This document shows positions 18,033 to 26,149 of a stretch of DNA of 64,000 bases, piece by piece. A program made the translations under genes and the position numbers. The stretch's first letter is position 1. Every line of letters begins with the position of its first letter. Below the pieces are notes generated by a model. That model searched no databases and was not told where the DNA came from. It worked only from the letters and a program-made list of their open reading frames with translations. The stretch is from Oscillospiraceae bacterium (GTDB taxonomy: Bacteria; Bacillota; Clostridia; Oscillospirales; Ruminococcaceae): positions 24,516 to 88,515 of the forward strand of contig JAFZPL010000128.1 of assembly GCA_017550355.1 (NCBI GenBank). The letters run 5' to 3'.

Positions 18033-19061
18033 TCAGTCTGCCTCCTTCTGCTTTCCGGCTTTTTCTTCCGCTTGGCGCTCGGCTTCCATTTTCTTTCCGA
18101 GCTCTTCGAAGGCGGCTTCGCGGCTGGTTGTGCCTGTCTGTGTGAGCTTGACGAACGCTTCTTCAAGGCTTGGCTTTGTAGACGTGATCTCCAGCACCAT
18201 GCAGTCTTGTCCGACCAGCGTTGAGACCAGCGGCTTGCGGACGTTGTCGTTCTTCACCTTGACTGTGAAGATATTCACGCCCGGCGAATCGAACGCGACC
18301 TCGTCGATGCCGAGAACGCCGTCGATACTATTAAGAATATTCGTGACCTTCGACATCTCGCCTTCGATCTTCATTTTGAGCATCGGAACGCCCGCAACGG
18401 ATTCCTCCAGATGCGCGATTGTGTCCTCTGCGCGGATCGTTCCCTTGTTGATGATGACAACGCGCTGGCAGACTGCTGCGACCTCCGCGAGAATATGCGT
18501 CGAAAAGATGATCGTATGGTCGAGCGAGAGCTCCTGGATCAGCCGGCGCACCTCCATGACCTGCGTCGGGTCGAGACCGACCGTCGGTTCATCGAGAATC
18601 AGGAACTTCGGCGAGCCGAGCAGCGCCATTGCGAAGCCGACACGCTGACGGTAGCCCTTGGAGAGATGCCCGATCACGCGCTTCTGCATGTCGGTGATGT
18701 GCAGGCGCTCCATTGCGTCGTCCACCTGCTTTTTGCGGTCCTTCCGCGGGACGCGCTTGAGTCCTGCTGCGAAATTGAGATAATCCCGTACGCGCATTTC
18801 CGGATAGACCGGCGGGATCTCCGGCAGATAGCCGATGCGCTTCTTGACTTCCATCGGATCCTTGGCAATATCGAAGCCGTCCACGGTCACAGTGCCGTCC
18901 GTGGAGGGCAGACATCCCGTGATCATGTTCATGGTGGTGGATTTGCCCGCGCCGTTCGGCCCGAGGAATCCGAGCACCTCCCTGTCTCCGACCGTGAAGG
19001 AGATATCCTTGACGGCGGGATGCAGGCCGTAATACTTCGTCAGATTTTTGATTTCAACCAT
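18033..19061 (-). CDS. ABC transporter ATP-binding protein (GldA-like)
   Basis: Walker A GPNGAGKSTT, signature LSKGYRQR, Walker B FLILDEPTVGLD. The start is taken at MVEIKNLTKYYG. Confidence 0.9.
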   Translation of the reverse strand: MVEIKNLTKYYGLHPAVKDISFTVGDREVLGFLGPNGAGKSTTMNMITGCLPSTDGTVTVDGFDIAKDPMEVKKRIGYLPEIPPVYPEMRVRDYLNFAAGLKRVPRKDRKKQVDDAMERLHITDMQKRVIGHLSKGYRQRVGFAMALLGSPKFLILDEPTVGLDPTQVMEVRRLIQELSLDHTIIFSTHILAEVAAVCQRVVIINKGTIRAEDTIAHLEESVAGVPMLKMKIEGEMSKVTNILNSIDGVLGIDEVAFDSPGVNIFTVKVKNDNVRKPLVSTLVGQDCMVLEITSTKPSLEEAFVKLTQTGTTSREAAFEELGKKMEAERQAEEKAGKQKEAD

Positions 19062-19364
19062 GCGATTAAAATGCCCCTTTCCCATTTCTCCGTGCGGTGC
19101 CGGTACATGCATCCGCACAGAATACTATTATCGCAAAAAAATATGAACGGGATATGAATAAATCATCACCAAATTGTGAACATTGCAAAAATCCCCATTC
19201 TTTTTTATTTTAGCATGTTCATGTGTTCAAATTGTGTGTAAATGCTGAAATAATCATATAAAAATGCGAAAACTGCAAGATGGCAAAGTGCACAAATTTC
19301 AATACTCTGATTTGTGAATGTCTCCGAAAAAACGCATCGTGAACAACCGTTTTCCCCCAAGCCC

Positions 19365-19393
19365 TTGACAAACCGCGTGAAAATTACTATAAT
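19365..19393 (+). promoter_or_regulatory. Consensus sigma-70 promoter of GH48 gene
   Basis: TTGACA (19365-19370), 17 nt, TATAAT (19388-19393). This leaves a ~195-nt 5' UTR. Confidence 0.7.
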
Positions 19394-19593
19394 GATTTCA
19401 GGTACTGTATAGGGAGGATTATGCAGTCTGACACTTTCGGGCTGCGCTCACTATGCGGACTTGAACGAATTCTGCACAATGCACGGGGTATTGGGCAGAT
19501 TACCGCGGCGGCTGTATAAGCCTGTTACTGCTTCGCAGGATTGTGCAGAATCGGCGCAAAATCCATCCATAACTTACGAGAGGGGAAAAAAGA

Positions 19594-22155
19594 ATGCAAT
19601 TCAAGAAAACAAAAGCGATCCTTGCAGCTGTTCTGGCAGCGGCAACAACGGCAAGCGCAACCATCATTCCTGCATCTGCTGCAAAGCAGACGCACGAAGA
19701 TTACGCAAGCGCTCCGTCCACCTATGCAAAGCGTTTCCTGGCTATTTATGACGATGTCGTCACCAACGGCCAGACCAACGGCTACCTGTCCAGCAAGAAC
19801 GTCGCTTCCGGCGGCTTCGGTGTCCCGTATCACGCTGTCGAAGAGCTGATGTGCGAGGCTCCGGACTACGGTCACGAGACCACGTCTGAGGCAATGTCCT
19901 ACATCGTGTGGATCGCTGCAATGCATGACAACATTGCAAAGAAGGAAGGCGAGTCCGGCAAGGATCTCGCAAAGGCTTGGGCAACGCTGGAACAGATGAT
20001 CCCGTCCGCAACGGATCAGAACAGCTTCTGGTCCAAGAACGAGCTCTCTGCACAGGTCTGCAAGGAGTATCCGAAGGATGTCAAGTCCTATCCGTCCACC
20101 GGCAGTCAGGAGAATGTCGGTATTAACCCGATCCACTCCAAGTTTACTTCTGCTTATCAGTCTGAAGGCAGAGAATATCTGATGCACTGGCTCGCTGACG
20201 TTGATGACTGGTATGGCTTCGGCGGTTCTGCTGAAGGCACCCAGGGCACCTTCACCTTCATCAACACCTTCCAGCGCGGCGACCAGGAATCCTGCTTCGA
20301 GACCATTCCGCATCCGTGCACCGAGGATCTCAAGTACGGTGATTCTCAGCTCGGTATGAAGTTCGCGTTTGCAAAGGGTTCGACCGCAAAGCAGTGGTCT
20401 TACACCAACGCACCGGACGCTGAGGACCGTGCAATCCAGGCTGTCTATGCTGCTAACCGTTGGGGCGTGGGCGATACCTCCGTCTCCGCAAAGGCTGCAA
20501 TGATGGGTGACGAATGCCGTAACAATATGTTCGATAAATATTACAAGGCTATCGGCTGCCAGAGCTACGAGTCTGACGCAAAGGGCGGCGGACTGGACGG
20601 TCAGCACTTCCTGATGTCTTGGTATACCGCATGGGGCGGCGCTGCAGACGGTCAGTGGGCATGGCAGATCGGCTGCTCTCACTCTCACCAGTTCTATCAG
20701 AACCCGCTCGCAGCTTACGGTCTGCTCTATGATAAGGACCTGAGCTCCGGCATGAAGGCTGAAGGCGCTGCAAAGGACTACACCACTTCTCTCCAGCGTC
20801 AGCTCGAAATGTATCTGTGGCTGCAGTCTGCAGACGGCCCGTTCGCAGGCGGCTGCACCAACTGCTACAACGGTGACTACAGCACCTATCCGTCCGGCGT
20901 GCCGACCTTCTACAAGATGGCTTACATCGAGCACCCGGTTTACGCTGACCCGGGTTCCAACCACTGGACCGGTAACCAGTTCTGGGCAACCCAGCGTCTC
21001 GCAGAGCTCTACTACCTCGTCTGCAAGAACGGCGATGCTTCCGACGGCAAGGTCACTCCTGGCGGCCTGAGCATCAAGGAAGCTCTGAAGACCGTGCTCG
21101 ACAAGTGGGTTGAGTACTTTGTCACCACCACCAAGTTCGATACCGCGAAGGGCGACTTTGAAGTTGTTTCCTCCCTCGACTGGACCGGTGCTCCGGCTGA
21201 CTGGTCCGGCACCTACAAGGAAGGCGCAAACTCCAGCCTCAAGTGCTCCATCGCAGGCACCGGCAACACGGACCTCGGCTGCGCGAACTCTCTCGCCAAC
21301 ACGCTCATCTACTACGCAGCAGCAAACGGCGTTGAGGCTTCCGGCGAGGTCAAGGAAGGCACATCCCTGCCTGAGAAGGCTCTCTACACTGCACAGAGAC
21401 TCATGGATCTGTCCTGGTACTACGGCAGAGACAGCATCGGCATGTCCAGAACCGAGCACAACGGTTCTCTGGCTCGTATCTTCGATCAGGAAGTTTACAT
21501 CCCGAGCGGCGTGAGCGGCAAGTATCCGTATGGCTATGAGGTTTCCAACGGCGCGAAGTTCATCGACCTCCGTCCGATGTACAAGAACCTTGAGTACTAC
21601 ACCGAGCTCGAGACTGCATGGAAGGCTGACGTTGCAAACGGCGCAAAGCTGAGCGAGTCCCTGACCGGTACTGACTGCAGCAAGTATGTCAATGTTGCTG
21701 AAGTCGATCTGGATTACCACCGCTTCTGGCATATCGGTGACGTCATGATGGCTCTCGGTACCATGGCAGAGCTCTATCCGGATGTCACTCCGCTTGAGGA
21801 TCCGACCAAATTTGGTGCAAGCACCGGTACCACCGCTTCCACCTCTGAGAGCACCACATCCGCTACCACTGAGAGCTCCACTACTTCCGCTACCACCAGC
21901 ACCGGTTCTACCGAAGTTGACTGGGGCGATGCAAACTGCTCCGGCGAGTCTGATGTGTCAAAGAGAGTCACTGTTGCTGATGCGATCCTCGTTGCTCGTG
22001 TCAAGGCAGAAGACACCAAGGCGAAGATCACCGATGCCGGTAAGGCAAACGCTGACGTCAACGGCAACGACGGTATTGATGATGAGGACCTCACCATCCT
22101 CCTCCAGTACCTCGCAGGCATCGTGAAGTACGGCGCAACCAAGACCGCTTCGTAA
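19594..22155 (+). CDS. Glycoside hydrolase family 48 exoglucanase with C-terminal dockerin (cellulosomal)
   Basis: Signal peptide. GH48-typical PYHAVEELMCEAPDYGHETTSEAMSYIVW and ~640 aa of catalytic domain. T/S linker. C-terminal duplicated Ca-binding dockerin segments GDANCSGESDVS...ADAILVAR and DVNGNDGIDDEDLTILLQYLAG. Confidence 0.95.
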   Translation: MQFKKTKAILAAVLAAATTASATIIPASAAKQTHEDYASAPSTYAKRFLAIYDDVVTNGQTNGYLSSKNVASGGFGVPYHAVEELMCEAPDYGHETTSEAMSYIVWIAAMHDNIAKKEGESGKDLAKAWATLEQMIPSATDQNSFWSKNELSAQVCKEYPKDVKSYPSTGSQENVGINPIHSKFTSAYQSEGREYLMHWLADVDDWYGFGGSAEGTQGTFTFINTFQRGDQESCFETIPHPCTEDLKYGDSQLGMKFAFAKGSTAKQWSYTNAPDAEDRAIQAVYAANRWGVGDTSVSAKAAMMGDECRNNMFDKYYKAIGCQSYESDAKGGGLDGQHFLMSWYTAWGGAADGQWAWQIGCSHSHQFYQNPLAAYGLLYDKDLSSGMKAEGAAKDYTTSLQRQLEMYLWLQSADGPFAGGCTNCYNGDYSTYPSGVPTFYKMAYIEHPVYADPGSNHWTGNQFWATQRLAELYYLVCKNGDASDGKVTPGGLSIKEALKTVLDKWVEYFVTTTKFDTAKGDFEVVSSLDWTGAPADWSGTYKEGANSSLKCSIAGTGNTDLGCANSLANTLIYYAAANGVEASGEVKEGTSLPEKALYTAQRLMDLSWYYGRDSIGMSRTEHNGSLARIFDQEVYIPSGVSGKYPYGYEVSNGAKFIDLRPMYKNLEYYTELETAWKADVANGAKLSESLTGTDCSKYVNVAEVDLDYHRFWHIGDVMMALGTMAELYPDVTPLEDPTKFGASTGTTASTSESTTSATTESSTTSATTSTGSTEVDWGDANCSGESDVSKRVTVADAILVARVKAEDTKAKITDAGKANADVNGNDGIDDEDLTILLQYLAGIVKYGATKTAS

Positions 22156-22178
22156 TCGGCTGTAAGGCAATATAACAG

Positions 22179-22212
22179 AGAGGGCGTACCCTTGCGGTAC
22201 GCTCTCTTTTTG
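22179..22212 (+). terminator. Rho-independent terminator of GH48 gene
   Basis: agagggcgtacc pairs with ggtacgctctct (~13 bp, 5-nt loop), followed by TTTTT. Confidence 0.85.
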
Positions 22213-22223
22213 CTTGGCGGGGG

Positions 22224-22252
22224 TTGCGTTTTCAGATGTTTTATGTTATAAT
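22224..22252 (+). promoter_or_regulatory. Promoter of methyltransferase gene
   Basis: TTGCGT, 17 nt, TATAAT, with TGT as an extended -10. Confidence 0.6.
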
Positions 22253-22300
22253 CATACTATGCACTCAGCCTGAATCTGTGCCGAAAGGAAACGTGATATC

Positions 22301-23203
22301 ATGAACGAGAAATACAGTCTCTACAATCTGCATGCCCGTGTGAAATATCTGCAAAGCCTGCTGGATCTGGATAAGATCACTGACGGCGAGAAGAACTCCA
22401 CAGAGGAGATCGTCTCCTATTTCAAGATCAACGAATGGGCATACCGCCGCTTTCATTCGCAGGACGGCTTCATGCATTTCCGCATCTCGAAAAACGGCGC
22501 ATTTGCGGATGAGGATGTGTATTATCAGCCGGATACAGTTGCGAAACATATCCATGACGGAGACCGCGTTGTCGAGCTCGGCTGCGGAAGAGGCTCCAAT
22601 ATCATCTATCTCGCGAAATCGTTCCCGAAGACGCGGTTTTGCGGCTTCGACCTTTCGGCAGTGAAAAAGCCGCTTCCGCCGAATGTTCGGACGTTTCAGC
22701 AGGATTACAGCAGCATGAAGCAGATTCCGGATCAGTCTGTCGATCTGGTGTATGCGTTTGAAACGATCGTTCACAACACTGATAAAAAGAAGACAATGGC
22801 GGAGGTGTACCGCATTCTCAAGCCGGGCGGTGTCTTTATCGTGTATGATTATGCGCTGACCGCACCGTTTGAGACCTATGCGCCGTTGGAACAGACCGCG
22901 CTGGCGCTGATCTCGAAGGGCGGATGCTGCCCGCTGATCGAATCTGTCTCTGAATGGGAGAGCTATTTTGAGAGCTGCGGCTTCAAGGCAATGCATACTG
23001 CATATCTCGGCAAGGAATGTCTGCCGGATCTGAAGCGGCTGGAGCGTCTGGCGGGAAGAATCCTCGATCATCCGGGGCGCGTGAAGCTGATGTTCCGCCT
23101 CTTCCCGGATCTGTTCACCTCAAACATCATCATCGGTTATCTCGGATATGACGCCTGCAATGCCGGACTCGGCACTTATGCAGAGTGGATCTATCAGAAA
23201 TGA
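22301..23203 (+). CDS. Class I SAM-dependent methyltransferase
   Basis: Motif I VVELGCGRGSN and post-I/II LKPGGVFIVYDY. 300 aa. Confidence 0.85.
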   Translation: MNEKYSLYNLHARVKYLQSLLDLDKITDGEKNSTEEIVSYFKINEWAYRRFHSQDGFMHFRISKNGAFADEDVYYQPDTVAKHIHDGDRVVELGCGRGSNIIYLAKSFPKTRFCGFDLSAVKKPLPPNVRTFQQDYSSMKQIPDQSVDLVYAFETIVHNTDKKKTMAEVYRILKPGGVFIVYDYALTAPFETYAPLEQTALALISKGGCCPLIESVSEWESYFESCGFKAMHTAYLGKECLPDLKRLERLAGRILDHPGRVKLMFRLFPDLFTSNIIIGYLGYDACNAGLGTYAEWIYQK

Positions 23204-23249
23204 TATCAAACAGCCTCCGGCATAAGAAAGATACCCATAAAGAAATTTT

Positions 23250-23278
23250 GCCCCCGACGCTTCAAAGCGATCGGGGGC
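23250..23278. terminator. Bidirectional terminator between convergent genes
   Basis: gcccccgacgct pairs with agcgatcgggggc (one bulge). AAATTTT lies upstream and GTTGCGTTTTATT downstream. Confidence 0.75.
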
Positions 23279-23309
23279 GTTGCGTTTTATTGAGCTGAGA
23301 AAGAAAGGA

Positions 23310-23825
23310 TTATTTCTGATTCTGTCTGGCTCGGTCATTTCTGCGCAAAATGAGAACAAAATAAGTCAGCACAAGGTAAATGCCGATCCAGAGCACACCG
23401 ACGAGAATGATACCTGCGTGTACGTTTTGATCTTGATATTTCTTGACATACGAATTTTCAGGGTCGTCCGGGTCATAGCAGACCGTGACGATCATATTTT
23501 GGGATACGCCTATATCTGAATTGATGAACTCGCCTGTCAGATTCTTGCCGTCCACTTTATAGGTGTAAGTATTCCGATAATACGTCTTGCCGCCGGATGC
23601 ATATGTTCTGGAATGTTCGGTTACAATGCCCTTTGTTTCTGCCGTACATGCTTTGTTTCCCAAGTTTAATCCTGCAAATATCAGTGCAAGCCCAAGAAAC
23701 AGCAACGGCAGGCAGGCAATCAGCGCGATGATCATTCCCTTGGCAGACAGCTGTACATCATTGCTCCCTGCCAATCTCTTCGGCGGTTTGTTTGCTGTCA
23801 GCCTTCTTCGATTTTTCTTTTTCAT
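23310..23825 (-). CDS. DUF3592-like membrane protein
   Basis: Architecture is TM, then a beta-rich domain (GIVTEHSRTYASGGKTYYRNTYTYKVDGKN...VCYDPDDPENS), then a TM. This is typical of DUF3592. Confidence 0.65.
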   Translation of the reverse strand: MKKKNRRRLTANKPPKRLAGSNDVQLSAKGMIIALIACLPLLFLGLALIFAGLNLGNKACTAETKGIVTEHSRTYASGGKTYYRNTYTYKVDGKNLTGEFINSDIGVSQNMIVTVCYDPDDPENSYVKKYQDQNVHAGIILVGVLWIGIYLVLTYFVLILRRNDRARQNQK

Positions 23826-23875
23826 ATCCGAATCCCTCTTGTATCATAGGCGTATTCCGAACGGTGACAGTACCA

Positions 23876-23904
23876 ATTATAGCATAACAGCTTTGCGCTG
23901 TCAA
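23876..23904 (-). promoter_or_regulatory. Consensus promoter of DUF3592-like gene
   Basis: Minus strand reads TTGACA, 17 nt, TATAAT, with TGC as an extended -10. Confidence 0.65.
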
Positions 23905-24003
23905 TAGAACGCAATCGCTCGTCCGTCTGCATACTTCTGATCAGCGCCGCGCTCAAAAACCGGGGGCTGTTTTTTTGTAGCCAAATTGTAGCCGCTCTGC
24001 CCC

Positions 24004-24032
24004 TTGATTTTTCCGGCGAACTGTGCTATAAT
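24004..24032 (+). promoter_or_regulatory. Promoter of yicC-remA-gmk-rpoZ-priA block
   Basis: TTGATT, 17 nt, TATAAT, with TGC as an extended -10. Confidence 0.65.
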
Positions 24033-24102
24033 TATATGATGGATTATCATTATGATGGCATATTGCCGCCATATGAAAATAAACAGAAAAGAGGGATCAG
24101 TT

Positions 24103-24981
24103 ATGCCCAAGAGCATGACCGGCTATGGCAGAGCACAGCTTTTGAAGGACGGACGGGATATTCTTGTGGAGATCCGCGCAGTCAATCACCGCTATTATGA
24201 ATTTTCGGCGCGTCTGCCCCGCACCTGCATGTATCTGGAGGAAAAGCTGAAAACGCTGCTGAACGGAAAGATCGCACGCGGCAAGACAGAGGTCTCCGTG
24301 ACGATCACAAGGCCGGACGGCAAAGATGCCGAGGTTGCAGTGAACCGTTCGATTGCGGAGGGCTATATCAATGCGCTCCGTGCGCTGAACAGCGACGTCG
24401 GGCTGGCAGATGATCTCACGCTTTCTTCCCTGCTGCGTCTGCCGGATATTTTCACGGTGACCAAGGCACAGGACGATGAACAGGAGGTCTGGGCAGCGGT
24501 CTCTGAGGCAGCGGAACAGGCGCTGGCATCGTTTGTCACCATGCGCGAGGGCGAAGGCGAACGCCTTGCGGAGGATCTCCGCGGCAAGCTGGACGGGCTG
24601 GAGGCAATGCTCCTGCAGGTTGAATCCATCGAGCCGAGTGTAGCGGAGCATTACCGCGAACGGCTCTATGCAAAGCTCACTGAGCTGCTTGCCGATACAA
24701 ATATCGACGAACAGCGCATCCTCACCGAGACCGCTGTTTTCGCGGAGAAGACCGCGATCGACGAGGAGACCGTGCGCCTGCACAGCCATCTGACGCAGTT
24801 CCGCGAGCTGCTCGTGTCTGCCGAACCGATCGGCAGAAAGCTGGATTTCCTGGTGCAGGAGATGAACCGTGAGGTCAACACGATCGGTTCCAAGGCACAA
24901 GATCTCGGCATCACCAAGCTGGTGGTGGATATGAAATCCGAGATTGAAAAGATCCGCGAGCAGATCCAGAATATCGAATAA
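24103..24981 (+). CDS. yicC: YicC/YloC-family stress-induced protein (endoribonuclease)
   Basis: Starts [11 protein letters not shown] (canonical MTGYG) and ends with the conserved [13 protein letters not shown] and [21 protein letters not shown]. Confidence 0.9.
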   Translation: MPKSMTGYGRAQLLKDGRDILVEIRAVNHRYYEFSARLPRTCMYLEEKLKTLLNGKIARGKTEVSVTITRPDGKDAEVAVNRSIAEGYINALRALNSDVGLADDLTLSSLLRLPDIFTVTKAQDDEQEVWAAVSEAAEQALASFVTMREGEGERLAEDLRGKLDGLEAMLLQVESIEPSVAEHYRERLYAKLTELLADTNIDEQRILTETAVFAEKTAIDEETVRLHSHLTQFRELLVSAEPIGRKLDFLVQEMNREVNTIGSKAQDLGITKLVVDMKSEIEKIREQIQNIE

Positions 24982-24991
24982 GGAGAATGAA

Positions 24992-25264
24992 ATGCGTCTT
25001 ATCAACATTGGCTTTGGAAATATGATCTCATCGGCGAGACTGGTCACGATCGTCAGTCCGGATTCCGCACCGATCAAGCGCATCGTGCAGGACGCGAAGG
25101 ACCGCGGCAGACTGATCGACGCGACCTACGGAAGACGCACCCGTGCCGTGATCGTGATGGACAGCGACCATGTGATCCTGTCGGCGATCCAGCCGGAGAC
25201 CATTGCGGCACGTCTGGCAGGCAGCACGGCTGTTGTGGAGGAGGAGCAAGAGGATGACGAATAA
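24992..25264 (+). CDS. remA: RemA/YlzA (DUF370) family regulator
   Basis: [71 protein letters not shown] is the family signature. It sits between yicC and gmk as in other Firmicutes. Confidence 0.85.
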   Translation: MRLINIGFGNMISSARLVTIVSPDSAPIKRIVQDAKDRGRLIDATYGRRTRAVIVMDSDHVILSAIQPETIAARLAGSTAVVEEEQEDDE

Positions 25265-25862
25265 AAAGGGACTGCTGATCGTGCTTTCCGGCCCGTCGGG
25301 CTGCGGCAAAGGCACGATGGTGAAGGAACTGCTCAAGCGCGGAGACTGCGCCGTTTCCGTTTCGGCTACGACAAGATCGCCGCGTGTGGGTGAGGAAAAC
25401 GATGTGGATTATCATTTCCTCACAGAGGATCAGTTCAGCAAACTGATCGAAGAGGATGCGTTCCTGGAGCATGCAGGCTATGTCGGCCACCGTTACGGCA
25501 CGCTGAAAAAAGAGGTCGAGACGCTCCGCAGCGAGGGCAAGCATGTGATCCTTGAGATCGAGGTGCAGGGCGCATTCCAGATCCGTGAGAAATGTCCGGA
25601 GGCGGTGCTGATCTTCACAGTCCCGCCGACGATCGACGAGCTCCGCCGCCGTCTGCATAAGCGCGGTACGGAGAGCGACGAGGTGATCGAGGAACGTATT
25701 TCCCGCGCAAAGGCAGAACTGCCGCTTGCACGGAAATATGATTATATCATCCTGAACGATGCTTTGGAAGACGCAGTTGCCGACTTTGGAAATGTGCTCC
25801 GTGCTGAGCAGCTGCGACCGGAATTTTTGGAAGACAAGATAGGAGAGATGGAACAATGCTGA
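25254..25862 (+). CDS. gmk: Guanylate kinase
   Basis: P-loop [31 protein letters not shown]. The start is taken at [10 protein letters not shown]. Confidence 0.95.
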   Translation: MTNKKGLLIVLSGPSGCGKGTMVKELLKRGDCAVSVSATTRSPRVGEENDVDYHFLTEDQFSKLIEEDAFLEHAGYVGHRYGTLKKEVETLRSEGKHVILEIEVQGAFQIREKCPEAVLIFTVPPTIDELRRRLHKRGTESDEVIEERISRAKAELPLARKYDYIILNDALEDAVADFGNVLRAEQLRPEFLEDKIGEMEQC

Positions 25863-26149
25863 GACCTTCAATGTATCAGATCATTTCAAAGAACGAGAGC
25901 TATTACTCTCTGGTGATCGGTGTCGCGAAGCGTGCAAGAGACATTGCACAGCAGCGCTACGACGAGAAGGAGAAGGAGAAGAAGGCTGCGGAAAAGCGCG
26001 GCGCATCTCCGCAGGATCACAAGGCACGCCTCGACGACAAAATGCTCAAGGCACTGATGATGGAGGAGAACCCCGTCAAGACCGCAGTCGATGAGTTTGC
26101 GGCGGGAAAATTCCGCATCGTGGAGCATACCGAGGATGACGCAGACTGA
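25856..26149 (+). CDS. rpoZ: DNA-directed RNA polymerase subunit omega
   Basis: The N-terminus [10 protein letters not shown]...YSLVIGVAKRARDI matches Firmicute RpoZ. It lies downstream of gmk. Confidence 0.85.
   Translation: MLRPSMYQIISKNESYYSLVIGVAKRARDIAQQRYDEKEKEKKAAEKRGASPQDHKARLDDKMLKALMMEENPVKTAVDEFAAGKFRIVEHTEDDAD

Noticed and set aside
19421-19519. 32-codon uORF in the GH48 leader (MQSDTFGLRSLCGLERILHNARGIGQITAAAV).
   Set aside because: The GGAGG ends only 3 nt before the ATG, the peptide has no features, and the frame length is compatible with chance. It is kept only as a note within the GH48 finding.
19525-21732. 735-aa ORF antisense to the GH48 gene. Similar long antisense ORFs occur at 35101-37503, 54504-56738, 10881-12299, 12322-13944, 26379-27827, 39119-40774 and 5031-6098.
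   Set aside because: They lie exactly opposite genes with unmistakable family motifs and have no RBS. Their composition is R/C/H/G-rich and low-complexity. They are the expected stop-poor antisense frames of GC-rich coding DNA.
23955-23978. Possible terminator cagcgccgcg...ccgggggctg followed by TTTTTTT.
   Set aside because: The stem has several mismatches, and there is no plus-strand gene or promoter upstream that it could terminate.
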